36,498 bases of DNA from a virus. Lineage: Duplodnaviria > Caudoviricetes. This document shows positions 1-8,909 of this stretch, in pieces (position 1 is the first letter of the stretch; each line of letters begins with the position of its first letter). The stretch spans positions 1 to 36,498 of IMG/VR virus record IMGVR_UViG_3300002092_000103; one strand, given 5' to 3'. Position numbers and translations under genes: made by a program. Below the pieces are notes generated by a model. It did no database searches. It was not told the DNA's origin and saw only the letters and a program-made list of their open reading frames with translations.

Positions 1-491
1 GCATAAGATGAACTTACAGCATATGAAGCACTAGTTGAACTTGGTGCATAAGAAGAACTTACTGCGTAAGATGAACTTAAAGCATATGAAGCTGATGTTG
101 CGTTATCTGCATTTGCGGCAGTAACAGCTCTTGAAGCTGTTGTTGCGTTTAATGCATATGAAGAACTTACAGAGTAAGATGCACTTAATGCATAAGAAGC
201 GCTAGTTGAATTTGGTGCATATGAAGAACTTACAGAATAAGATGAGCTTAAAGCATAAGATGCAGAAGTAGCAGAAGGAGCGTAAGAAGAGCTTACTGCG
301 TATGAAGCTGATAAGGCATAAGAAGCAGATACTGCATTTGTAATAGAACCGGTTATAGCTCCAGTAATAGGGCCGTTCACAGCTAAACTACCTGTAATAG
401 TAATAGGTCCATTTAAAATAGTACTCCCTGTAACTGTAAGAGAGCCACTTATTGATAGCGATCCGGTTGCTATGCCACTGTCTATAATCAT
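1..491 (-). CDS. SASYA-repeat fibre-like protein, 3'-truncated by window edge (not in ORF track)
   Basis: Manual translation from ATG at 491: MIIDSGIATGSLSISGSLTVTGS...AVSASYALSASYAVSSSYAPS..., open to base 1; TATTTATA motif 17 nt upstream. Confidence 0.85.
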   Translation of the reverse strand, partial: MIIDSGIATGSLSISGSLTVTGSTILNGPITITGSLAVNGPITGAITGSITNAVSASYALSASYAVSSSYAPSATSASYALSSSYSVSSSYAPNSTSASYALSASYSVSSSYALNATTASRAVTAANADNATSASYALSSSYAVSSSYAPSSTSASYAVSSSY

Positions 492-508
492 TGTTGAATG
501 TTATTTGT

Positions 509-516
509 TATAAATA
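509..516 (-). promoter_or_regulatory. Putative late promoter TATTTATA
   Basis: Motif recurs upstream of about 12 structural/late genes in this window. Confidence 0.6.
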
Positions 517-541
517 TCATGAAACTTAATTCAATTTACAC

Positions 542-1291
542 TTAAACTACCCTAGCATACCCTGCTACTGCATTAGAAAATGTTACTGTTGTTACGTTAT
601 TGCTTGTTCCAGTAATAGATTGAGGTATGAAAACTAAGTTATTAGTATCATATATCTGCACTAGGGGATATTGATTGTTTAAATTATGAGTTATTGTCCA
701 AGTTGTTGAAGGCGTAACTTGTTGAAAATTAAAACCGACAGTGCTTGCAAAAGAGGATGTTACTGAATAAGAACTGCTTACTGCATAAGAAGCAGATACT
801 GCTGTTGCAATAGAGCCGCTAAAATAAGATGCTGTTTGTGCATAAGATGCAGAAGTAGCTGTAGCTGCATAAGATGCAGATGCTACAGTTTGAGAAACTA
901 TTCCACTTCCTTTTGAAATAATAGCATAGCCAGCTTGCGCTGTAGAAAATGTAATTGCAGTTACGTTTACATTTGTCGATGTTATTGATGCTGGAATTAA
1001 TTGATTATATCCAGAATCATATACGTTTACGAGAGGTGTAAGTGTATTTAGACCGTGAGTAATGGTCCAGGTACTAGCTCCAGAGCTTTGTGCAAAGGTA
1101 TATCCTTGATCAGGAAAGGCAAAAGCAAATGATGCAGTTGAGGCGTATGATGCACTTAAAACTTGTGAAGCAAAAGAAGCGGTTCCAAATAAAGATCCGG
1201 TAATTCCTGCTGATGCATTTAAAGAACCAGTGATTTGTATATCACTTAAAGAATTTATACCGTATCTAGCGACGAATTGATTAACTGCCAT
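542..1291 (-). CDS. Putative tail fibre/virion protein with SASYA repeats and two 'TWTITHxLN' beta domains
   Basis: 249 aa; N-terminus paralogous to 1521..3341; TWTITH(G/N)LN...V.(V/I)YD domain twice, also present in 3429..4493. Confidence 0.7.
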   Translation of the reverse strand: MAVNQFVARYGINSLSDIQITGSLNASAGITGSLFGTASFASQVLSASYASTASFAFAFPDQGYTFAQSSGASTWTITHGLNTLTPLVNVYDSGYNQLIPASITSTNVNVTAITFSTAQAGYAIISKGSGIVSQTVASASYAATATSASYAQTASYFSGSIATAVSASYAVSSSYSVTSSFASTVGFNFQQVTPSTTWTITHNLNNQYPLVQIYDTNNLVFIPQSITGTSNNVTTVTFSNAVAGYARVV

Positions 1292-1300
1292 TTATCTTTT

Positions 1301-1324
1301 GCTTCAGTTCACTATCCCTAAAGC
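1301..1324 (-). promoter_or_regulatory. Candidate RNA hairpin GCUUUAG-GGAUAGUGAA-CUGAAGC 9 nt upstream of a start codon
   Basis: 7-bp stem (one G-U) with purine-rich 10-nt loop, no U-tract after it. Confidence 0.4.
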
Positions 1325-1343
1325 TGGGGTTTATTAAAAAAAA

Positions 1344-1517
1344 CTATAACTCAACTACTCTATAAGTTCTACCGGTAGGATCTGCTTGTTGCAATTCAAA
1401 AGCTTTTGTTTCTGCTTGTGTCTTAATACGATAATCGTAAATTGGATCGTCAGGATTTAGCTGAGCTACCCAAATCATATCGTTTCCTGGTAAAAATTGC
1501 ATTTGTACTTGATACAT
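1344..1517 (-). CDS. Small hypothetical protein, 57 aa (not in ORF track), possible fibre assembly chaperone
   Basis: Manual translation MYQVQMQFLPGNDMIWVAQLNPDDPIYDYRIKTQAETKAFELQQADPTGRTYRVVEL*; starts 3 nt after the upstream stop and fills the gap. Confidence 0.7.
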   Translation of the reverse strand: MYQVQMQFLPGNDMIWVAQLNPDDPIYDYRIKTQAETKAFELQQADPTGRTYRVVEL

Positions 1518-1520
1518 ATA

Positions 1521-3341
1521 TTATAAATAAGTTGCTTGTGATTTAATATTCCAACCTGAAGTATTTGTTTGTGCAAGTAATTGAACATTAGCACCTACTA
1601 TTGCTGCTGACATTGTTACTGCAGTAGTTGAACCGTTATCTATTGTTGAAAAGTCTGTAAATGTTATAGCTCCGGCGTCAAATGATGCAATAACTTCTCC
1701 TACTCTTGAATTTGCTCCGTTTAAAACAGAGTACTTGTAGAATGCTGCAGTGAAGGAACCAGTAGCTTGGTCAAAAATTATATTAGATCCTACAGCGCTA
1801 GATGAAGTACCGGCAGTTGTTATTACCGAACTACTAATTGTGAATGTAGTAGCGTAAGATGATGTTTGAGCATAAGATGCACTTGTTGCATTTACGGCGT
1901 AAGAAGAACTTACTGCATATGAACCACTTAAAGCATAAGATGCAGATAAAGCATATGATGCACTAACTGCGTAAGATGCACTAATTGCGTAAGATGCAGA
2001 AGTTGAACTTGTAGCATATGAAGCACTAACTGCGTAAGATGAACTTAAGGCATATGATGCTGATGTTGCATTTACAGCGTAAGATGAACTAACGGCATAG
2101 GATGAACTTAAAGCATATGAAGCACTAACTGCATAAGAACTACTTAATGCATAAGATGCACTAGTTGCGTTATCTGCGTTTGCAGCAGAATCTGCTCTTG
2201 ATGCAGTTGTTGCATTTAAAGCATAAGATGAACTTACTGCGTATGATGAACTTACAGAATAAGATGAACTTACTGCGTATGATGAACTTAAAGCATAAGA
2301 TGCTGAAGCTACAGACATTGAACTTGTCTGGCTAGTTACTATTACTGGACTATCATTAACAGATAATGATCCTGTCACTGTAACAGATCCGGTAAGTTGT
2401 TGTGTATTAGTTAACTGACTACCAAATACATTTGATCCTGAACTATATTCAGTAGAAGAACTAATGTACTGTACGTTTAAGCTTGTTGCGGTAATAGTAC
2501 CGGTAGTTAAAATATTTGAAGCAGTAAAGTTAGTTGCAAAAGATGCTGTTACTGCGTTAGTTGCGTTAACTGCATAAGAAGCAGATACTGCGTAAGATGA
2601 ACTTACAGCATATGATGCACTAGTTGAACTTGGTGCATAAGAAGAACTTACAGAGTAAGATGAACTTACAGCATATGAAGAGCTTAAAGCATAAGATGCA
2701 CTAGTTGCGTTATCTGCGTTTGCAGCAGAATCTGCTCTTGATGCAGTTGTTGCATTTAATGCATAAGACGAACTTACTGCGTATGATGAACTTAAAGCAT
2801 AAGATGCTGATGTTGCATTGTCTGCATTTGCAGCAGAAACTGCTCTTGAAGCTGTCGTAGCATTTAATGCATAAGATGAACTTACTGCGTAAGATGCGCT
2901 AACTGCATATGAACTGCTTAAAGCATAAGATGCAGATAAAGCATATGAAGCACTAACTGCATAAGATGAAGATAAGGCATATGATGCACTAGTTGAACTT
3001 GTAGCGTACGAAGCACTAACTGCATAAGATGCAGATACACCATAAGAAGCACTAACTGCATAAGAACTACTTAATGCATAAGATGCTGATGTTGCATTGT
3101 CTGCATACGATGCACTAACCGCGTAGGATGAACTTACAGCATAAGAAGCTGTAGCAGAAGATAATGAACTTGTACCTTCGTAAGTAAATACTCCAGAGGT
3201 TGGATTGTAAGATACTACGTAGGGTTGGATTGAACTTGCTAGGTTAGCAGATATAGATCCAGATATAAGTGCTGATCCTGTTACCTGTAGATCATTTAAC
3301 GAAATTATACCGTTTCTAGCTACGAATTGGTTAGTTGCCAT
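1521..3341 (-). CDS. SASYA-repeat fibre-like virion protein
   Basis: 606 aa; dozens of A-x-S-(A/S)-S-Y hexapeptides in two blocks; C-terminal beta domain related to that of 3429..4493. Confidence 0.75.
   Translation of the reverse strand: MATNQFVARNGIISLNDLQVTGSALISGSISANLASSIQPYVVSYNPTSGVFTYEGTSSLSSATASYAVSSSYAVSASYADNATSASYALSSSYAVSASYGVSASYAVSASYATSSTSASYALSSSYAVSASYALSASYALSSSYAVSASYAVSSSYALNATTASRAVSAANADNATSASYALSSSYAVSSSYALNATTASRADSAANADNATSASYALSSSYAVSSSYSVSSSYAPSSTSASYAVSSSYAVSASYAVNATNAVTASFATNFTASNILTTGTITATSLNVQYISSSTEYSSGSNVFGSQLTNTQQLTGSVTVTGSLSVNDSPVIVTSQTSSMSVASASYALSSSYAVSSSYSVSSSYAVSSSYALNATTASRADSAANADNATSASYALSSSYAVSASYALSSSYAVSSSYAVNATSASYALSSSYAVSASYATSSTSASYAISASYAVSASYALSASYALSGSYAVSSSYAVNATSASYAQTSSYATTFTISSSVITTAGTSSSAVGSNIIFDQATGSFTAAFYKYSVLNGANSRVGEVIASFDAGAITFTDFSTIDNGSTTAVTMSAAIVGANVQLLAQTNTSGWNIKSQATYL
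2149..2794. repeat. Near-exact 106-nt direct repeat (2149-2254 and 2689-2794)
   Basis: Direct comparison, 2 mismatches, offset 540 nt. Confidence 0.85.
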
Positions 3342-3372
3342 TTAATTATTTTTTATTTTTATTATTTCCTAT

Positions 3373-3380
3373 TATAAATA
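3373..3380 (-). promoter_or_regulatory. Putative late promoter TATTTATA
   Basis: Intergenic, upstream of ATG at 3341. Confidence 0.6.
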
Positions 3381-3428
3381 GTCTATTTCTAGACTCTATT
3401 ATTAACTCTTTATGTATTAATTTTCATG

Positions 3429-4493
3429 TTATACAAAGGTTGCAACCGCTCTTACTGTCCATCCTGCTGTAGGTGTAAGTATGTTTAACTGAACTTGACC
3501 TCCTGTTATTACTACCGATCCCACTACGCCTAAAGTATCACCTACATCTATTGTAGAATAGTTGGTGTAACTTGAAGTAGTAGAAGTCCAAACTGCGTTA
3601 GCATTCTCAGATCTAGCATTTGAACCGCTATATAAAGTATATTGGTAAAAAGCACCTGCAAATGATCCTGTACTAGTAGCAAAAATACCATTATTTCCTG
3701 CTGATGTAGATGGTGTATTTGAATACATCATTTGTGATCCGCCTATAGTAAATACATCTGCATGTGAAGCTGTTGCTGCTAAAGAAGAACTTAAAGCTTG
3801 TAAAGCGTAAGAGGCTGTATCAGGTACATTGGCTGCATATGATGCGGTTAAAGCATAAGATGCACTAGTTGCAAAAGAAGCAGAAATAGCAGATTGGCTA
3901 GAAAGTCCGCTACCTTTTGATATTATAGCAAATCCAGCTTGTGCTGTTGAAAAAGTAATTCGAGTATTATTTGCATCTATAGAGGTAACTGATGCTGGAA
4001 TTAATTGATGATAAGTTGAATCATATACATCTACAAGTGGAGTATACGTATTTAAATTATGATTAATATTCCACGTACTAGAACCTGGACTTTGTGTATA
4101 GTTATACCCTTGGTCTGGAAATCCATAAGCAAATGAAGCAGTTGATGCATAAGAAGAGCTTAGAGCTTGTAAAGCATAAGAAGCTGTAGTAGGTACATTA
4201 TCTGCATATGAAGCAGTTAAAGCATAAGAACTACTTACTGAGTTAGAAGAGATTAAAGCGTAGGATGCAGATATTGCCTGAAGTACATAACTTGCAGTTT
4301 GTGCAGTTTCAACATAAGATGCAGTAATTGCAAATAAAGCGCACGAAGAGGAAACGGCCCAAGAAGCGGTTCCGAATAAAGATCCGGTAAATTGAGATGC
4401 GCTTACTATAGAAGCGGTTATAGAAGAGTCTACATTAAGTTCATATAAGTTTGCTGAACTACCAGAGACAATGACTTTTTTCCAATTCGGCAT
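3429..4493 (-). CDS. SASYA-repeat fibre-like virion protein
   Basis: 354 aa; WKKVIVSGSSA N-terminus shared with 4833..6650; mosaic of domains shared with neighbours. Confidence 0.7.
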   Translation of the reverse strand: MPNWKKVIVSGSSANLYELNVDSSITASIVSASQFTGSLFGTASWAVSSSCALFAITASYVETAQTASYVLQAISASYALISSNSVSSSYALTASYADNVPTTASYALQALSSSYASTASFAYGFPDQGYNYTQSPGSSTWNINHNLNTYTPLVDVYDSTYHQLIPASVTSIDANNTRITFSTAQAGFAIISKGSGLSSQSAISASFATSASYALTASYAANVPDTASYALQALSSSLAATASHADVFTIGGSQMMYSNTPSTSAGNNGIFATSTGSFAGAFYQYTLYSGSNARSENANAVWTSTTSSYTNYSTIDVGDTLGVVGSVVITGGQVQLNILTPTAGWTVRAVATFV

Positions 4494-4509
4494 GCTAAAT
4501 ATTTTTTAA

Positions 4510-4571
4510 GTTGTGGTTAGGTACATACACTGATGCCGTGTCTATGCCTACTTCCCCGTGGGGCCAACAAC
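4510..4571 (-). ncRNA. Candidate cis-regulatory three-way-junction RNA in 5' leader
   Basis: GC-rich island in AT-rich DNA; GUUGUUGG/CCACAAC closing stem, CCC-CACG-GGG hairpin, UAGG-CAUAGACAC/GUGUAUG-UA-CCUA hairpin; lies between TATTTATA (4578-4585) and ATG 4493. Confidence 0.5.
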
Positions 4572-4577
4572 ATTTTA

Positions 4578-4585
4578 TATAAATA
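4578..4585 (-). promoter_or_regulatory. Putative late promoter TATTTATA
   Basis: Intergenic, immediately upstream of the structured leader. Confidence 0.6.
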
Positions 4586-4591
4586 GGTAAC

Positions 4592-4810
4592 TTACTGGTT
4601 TAAACTGAGGTAGTACTGTTGTAATTTATATACTAAATTAAAAATTTTTTCTACGTGTTCTCCTTTAAAGTTTGTGTCTTTAATAAGGACCAGAATTAAT
4701 TCAATTTCACCTTTAGAAAGGGGAGGTATATTAGTAGGAATATTAGAAAGAGGAGCTTTTGATGGCTCCTCTTCCTTATTTCCAGTGATATGTTTTGATG
4801 TGAAAGCCAT
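4592..4810 (-). CDS. Small hypothetical protein (likely start MAFTSKH at 4810, 72 aa)
   Basis: ORF fills gap between fibre genes; ATG at 4810 avoids overlap with the upstream stop at 4833. Confidence 0.65.
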   Translation of the reverse strand: MAFTSKHITGNKEEEPSKAPLSNIPTNIPPLSKGEIELILVLIKDTNFKGEHVEKIFNLVYKLQQYYLSLNQ

Positions 4811-4832
4811 AACTAATTTATTTTTTAAGCGA

Positions 4833-6650
4833 TTAAGCATAAATGTAAATATCTCCTGAAGTAGTATCTACCCATGTATTACCTTGACCTAAAGTTAATC
4901 CACCCCATTGCGGAACTGCGTCGCCCGGTGCACCACTAGTAATTAAAGTGGTGTTAGCATATTCCGCTGCTGTCACCGAAGTTGCATCTGGTAATACTTG
5001 AGAGCCTACTGCAAAACGTCCGTTTGCTGCATCTGTTCCTAATGTAGTGCTTGATGTTTCTAAATAGAATGCAGATCCAGAGTTTGCTGTATTGCCAGTA
5101 TTGATAATGAAACCAGAATCTTGGAATGTAGTTGAACCAGAGTTTAATAAGATAAACTGATCTGCGATCGCCAAGTTTTCACTATTTTGGAATGAAGCAG
5201 TACCTTGTACAGTCAAATCACCTTGCATTACCACATTATCGTGGAATGTAGAAGCACCTGTTACATATAAACCGCCATTTTGAATTGTTACTCCGCCTGC
5301 GTTATTAATTAAAACTGTACCGCCAGCTTGTGAGATAGAAGAATTTGCAAATGCATCTCCTGTCCATAATACAATTGTACCAGAAGTTAAATTACCTGAA
5401 CCTGTTACTGCGTCTGCATAAGATGCACTTAAAGCATAAGATGCGCTAGTTGCAGTAGATGCATAAGATGCACTTGTAGCGCTATCTGCTGTTGAAGCGC
5501 TAACTGCGTAAGATGAACTTACTGCGTAAGATGAACTTACTGCGTAAGATGAACTTGTTGCTGTATCTGCTTGAGAAGAACTTAAAGCATAAGATGCACT
5601 ATCTGCTGTTGAAGCGTTGTTTGCATAAGATGAACTTAAAGCGTAAGAAGCACTTGTAGCTGAATTAGCTGTAGAAGCGCTAACTGCGTAAGATGAACTT
5701 ACTGCGTAAGATGAACTTGTTGCTGTATCTGCTTGAGAAGAACTTAAAGCATAAGATGCTGAAGTAGCACTGTCTGCTTGATCTGCGTGAGATGCTGATA
5801 ATGCATAAGATGCTGAATCTGCTGTAGAAGCATTTATTGCGTAAGATGCAGAAGTTGCATTGCTGGCATATGAAGAGCTTACTGCATAAGATGCACTTAC
5901 TGCATAAGAAGCACTTGCAGCAGCTGAACCTGTAGATTCATAAGTTAATAAACCAGTCAATGGATCAAATCCAACTATGTAGCTAGCATTTACTTCTTGT
6001 AATCCTGTAAAAGCAACTGATCCAGTAGTTGATAATGAACCTGTAAATACAAAGGTATCAGCATTAATATCAAATGAATTACCTGTAGATGTGTAAACAG
6101 CTAATGAACCTGAAATTACTACTGCTTGATTTAATATATTAACGTAAGATGCTGTATCTGCGTTGGAGGCAGTTACAGGAACGTTTGAAGCATAAGAAGC
6201 TGTTAAGGCATAAGATGAACTTGTTGCTGTATCTGCTTGAGAAGAACTTAAAGCATAAGATGCACTATCTGCTGTTGAAGCGTTGTTTGCATAAGATGCA
6301 GAAACTGCAGCAGATGCATTTAAAGCATAAGAAGCACTTGTTGCATAAGATGCAGAAACTGCAGCAGATGCATTTAAAGCATATGAAGCGCTAGTTGCAT
6401 AAGATGCAGATAATGCATAAGATGCAGAAGTAGGGTTAAGTGCTGAACCAGATTGATAATAAATCTGACCGGTAGTAGTATCAATACCTAAAGTATAGGC
6501 TTGAGGTATTTCGCTTAATCCTTGTAAAAATACACTGCTTGATGCATTTAATGATCCTGTAATATTTACACTCGTATCGACGCTAAGTTGATTTAACTGG
6601 GCGCTACTACCCGATACGATGACTTTTTTCCATGAAGCTGGTGCTGACAT
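4833..6650 (-). CDS. SASYA-repeat fibre-like virion protein
   Basis: 605 aa; SASYA/SSSYA blocks; C-terminal 'GDLTVQGT...NLAIADQFILLNSGS' segment resembling phage fibre proteins. Confidence 0.75.
   Translation of the reverse strand: MSAPASWKKVIVSGSSAQLNQLSVDTSVNITGSLNASSSVFLQGLSEIPQAYTLGIDTTTGQIYYQSGSALNPTSASYALSASYATSASYALNASAAVSASYATSASYALNASAAVSASYANNASTADSASYALSSSQADTATSSSYALTASYASNVPVTASNADTASYVNILNQAVVISGSLAVYTSTGNSFDINADTFVFTGSLSTTGSVAFTGLQEVNASYIVGFDPLTGLLTYESTGSAAASASYAVSASYAVSSSYASNATSASYAINASTADSASYALSASHADQADSATSASYALSSSQADTATSSSYAVSSSYAVSASTANSATSASYALSSSYANNASTADSASYALSSSQADTATSSSYAVSSSYAVSSSYAVSASTADSATSASYASTATSASYALSASYADAVTGSGNLTSGTIVLWTGDAFANSSISQAGGTVLINNAGGVTIQNGGLYVTGASTFHDNVVMQGDLTVQGTASFQNSENLAIADQFILLNSGSTTFQDSGFIINTGNTANSGSAFYLETSSTTLGTDAANGRFAVGSQVLPDATSVTAAEYANTTLITSGAPGDAVPQWGGLTLGQGNTWVDTTSGDIYIYA
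5545..6298. repeat. Exact 88-nt direct repeat (5545-5632 and 6211-6298)
   Basis: Direct comparison of both copies. Confidence 0.85.
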
Positions 6651-6685
6651 TTGATTTGATTTTTAAAGGTTCTTGTTTTCCGTTA

Positions 6686-6692
6686 ATAAATA
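6686..6692 (-). promoter_or_regulatory. Putative late promoter TATTTAT
   Basis: Intergenic, upstream of ATG 6650. Confidence 0.55.
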
Positions 6693-6739
6693 GTATTTTT
6701 TCCGAAACTATAAGTTTTAAATGAATAATTTTTAATAAT

Positions 6740-7540
6740 TTATTCCAGTCCAACATACATTGAGCTAGAAGTGAAGTATATATTGCCTGCTATTGTAGAT
6801 CCTGTTGGATTTATTGAATGAGTTGCAACGTTTAATATGCTTCCGTTTATAGTTAAGACAGGTTGTTGTGAAGTAAATCCTTTTATTATAAATAAATCAC
6901 TCGATACTGTCATATCGCTATTTGAAGCAATATTAAAGAAAGGTAAGCTCTGAGACTGAATTAAAAATATACTTGCAGTACTACTATTAACACTAACTTC
7001 TACATTTCCATTTAAAATATAGGAAGCTGTTGCTGCATTTTGAGCAAAGACTGCATAAGAAGCTGATTCAACGGATCCTGATTGAGATACTATAACATCA
7101 AAAGTTGTTTGGTCACCTCTCGTAAAGGTAATTGTACTAGCTAATGCAGAAGCTGTTACAATTCCTAATAGTGGAAGTGAAGAGGTAGTTGCATAAGAAG
7201 CAGATATGGCAAAAGAAGAGCTTGGTATGGCATCTATACCTTGTACGAATCCTCCAGTAATGTATAGGAACTGACCTTCTTGTAGAAAGGGTAATGCTAG
7301 ATTACCGTCTAATACGTTAGATCCTGAAGTAAAAAAACTACCGGATATAATAATAGTGTCTACATTAACACCGTTTAAAGCATTAATAATGTTTAATATT
7401 TGATCGGATTGAATAACATCACCTGGAGCAATGCCGGCAGTAGAAATTGTTCCAGAAGGAGCAGTACTTGGAACTGCTGCTACGAAGTTAAATCCTGTTA
7501 ATTGTTCAATTTGATCTCTTAAATCTTGTGGGTTACTCAT
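6740..7540 (-). CDS. Putative virion structural protein (Ser/Thr-rich, a few SASYA units)
   Basis: 266 aa; ATGA overlap with upstream tail-completion gene; SASYA motifs. Confidence 0.6.
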   Translation of the reverse strand: MSNPQDLRDQIEQLTGFNFVAAVPSTAPSGTISTAGIAPGDVIQSDQILNIINALNGVNVDTIIISGSFFTSGSNVLDGNLALPFLQEGQFLYITGGFVQGIDAIPSSSFAISASYATTSSLPLLGIVTASALASTITFTRGDQTTFDVIVSQSGSVESASYAVFAQNAATASYILNGNVEVSVNSSTASIFLIQSQSLPFFNIASNSDMTVSSDLFIIKGFTSQQPVLTINGSILNVATHSINPTGSTIAGNIYFTSSSMYVGLE

Positions 7541-8406
7541 GATGTCTGTTCTGTATTAAATACTATTTTACATAAATTATATGTCCTACTCTGTAACTGT
7601 GCAAGATATGCATTTAATGTATCTGGAATTAAATATCCATTAAGTGTTAAATTAAACTCTGTTCTAACAAGTCTATCTTCACCTTGTTCGTAAGTTTGAA
7701 TATCATCAAACGAATCAATCTTAGCTAAGAATTGAAATCTAGAAGGATCCCCCCAGTAAGAATTAGAAGCAAAATTTAATCCCTCAACTAATCTATCCAT
7801 TTGTTCTACAAAGTTAGTCCAAATTGCACATTTATAAGTAATTGTTACATAATCAGGAGTAACTACTACTACAAATTCTTTTTGAGGCTTTTGTGCTTGT
7901 AAAATTTGAAAATTATCGTAAATATTCCTACGTGAAAAAGCTTTTTCAAATAACTGTACGTTATGTGCTACGTTACCATCTAATTTATTACCTAACTCTC
8001 TATTCTGCGTAATGTTTGATTTTTTATACATAATTAATGGAGGCATAATCTTAGCAGCTCCATCTCTATAAAAACCGTCTCTTTGTACTGATTTCCATTT
8101 CTCAGGATGTCCGTAAATTACAGGAACTAAAATACTATCGTTATTTTGGTATACAGATAATTTTAAAACTTCATCAAAATAATATTGAATAGCTTCACTA
8201 TGATCTTTAATTCCAATAGAAAACTTTTTATTATCTAATTCAGTAAATTTTGTTTCGTATGCACGATTAAATTCAGGTTGTCCTGGCTTAAAGGGATCAG
8301 AAAATATAATATTAGGATTACCGTACTGAGGATCGGTTGGAACAATAATTTTGTCCAAAAATTCTCGCCTGGTCTGCGGTCTAACTTGTTGTATTCCTCC
8401 TGCCAT
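7537..8406 (-). CDS. Tail completion/sheath stabiliser-like protein (T4 gp15-like)
   Basis: VPVIYGHPEKW motif, 'ITY...IWTNFVEQMDRLVE', 'TEFNLTLNGYL'; follows the two neck genes. Confidence 0.6.
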   Translation of the reverse strand: MAGGIQQVRPQTRREFLDKIIVPTDPQYGNPNIIFSDPFKPGQPEFNRAYETKFTELDNKKFSIGIKDHSEAIQYYFDEVLKLSVYQNNDSILVPVIYGHPEKWKSVQRDGFYRDGAAKIMPPLIMYKKSNITQNRELGNKLDGNVAHNVQLFEKAFSRRNIYDNFQILQAQKPQKEFVVVVTPDYVTITYKCAIWTNFVEQMDRLVEGLNFASNSYWGDPSRFQFLAKIDSFDDIQTYEQGEDRLVRTEFNLTLNGYLIPDTLNAYLAQLQSRTYNLCKIVFNTEQTS

Positions 8407-8407
8407 A

Positions 8408-8899
8408 TTATAATCGCTCTTGTGTAATACCTAATCTCTCTGGTGTTGTTAGGTGGGTGAAGCAAATAATGGAGAAACTTTGTCCGAACTTATTTAAACC
8501 TTGAGAATATGAATAATCAGGATCTTTACCTAAGAATAATTGATTTTCGTTAGTATTATCTACTTCATAGTAAAGTTCGTTATACATAATAACATCTCCC
8601 GTTTCGGGAACTACGTTAGCTACTTCTAGATCTACTTTTAAAAATCTAAATTCAACATCTCGTCTACTATCTGGACCGAAGCTATCAATTGTTGTAGTGA
8701 AATCACCTCTCACAATTAAAAGGTTTAGTAAAACAGGTCCAATATAACTCTTTACCAAGGCTTCACCATAAACGTTAGGCTGCGTATCAGGTAAAACTAC
8801 CTTATAGTATCCAATTTGTTGTGTAGCTACGTTGTTAACAAACTCGTGTGCTACTCCAATTTGCATTAATGCATCCCTAACTGTTCCAAATAACGCCAT
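8408..8899 (-). CDS. Neck/head-closure protein (T4 gp14-like)
   Basis: NVYGEA and PETGDVIMYNELYYEV motifs; synteny. Confidence 0.6.
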   Translation of the reverse strand: MALFGTVRDALMQIGVAHEFVNNVATQQIGYYKVVLPDTQPNVYGEALVKSYIGPVLLNLLIVRGDFTTTIDSFGPDSRRDVEFRFLKVDLEVANVVPETGDVIMYNELYYEVDNTNENQLFLGKDPDYSYSQGLNKFGQSFSIICFTHLTTPERLGITQERL

Positions 8900-8909
8900 T
8901 TTTTTGTTT

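Noticed and set aside
4528-4545. ctgatg in the structured leader suggesting a hammerhead ribozyme
   Set aside because: Lacks the full CUGAUGA core and GAAA, and is on the non-coding strand
1-6450. Periodic gcataagatgaactta-type repeats resembling a CRISPR array
   Set aside because: Period is a multiple of 3, variation is at synonymous positions and there are no unique spacers; they encode SASYA peptides
4833-6650. D-(S/T)-A motifs matching the Bacteroidota O-glycosylation sequon
   Set aside because: That host system acts on exported proteins; these lack signal peptides and the motif is expected from composition
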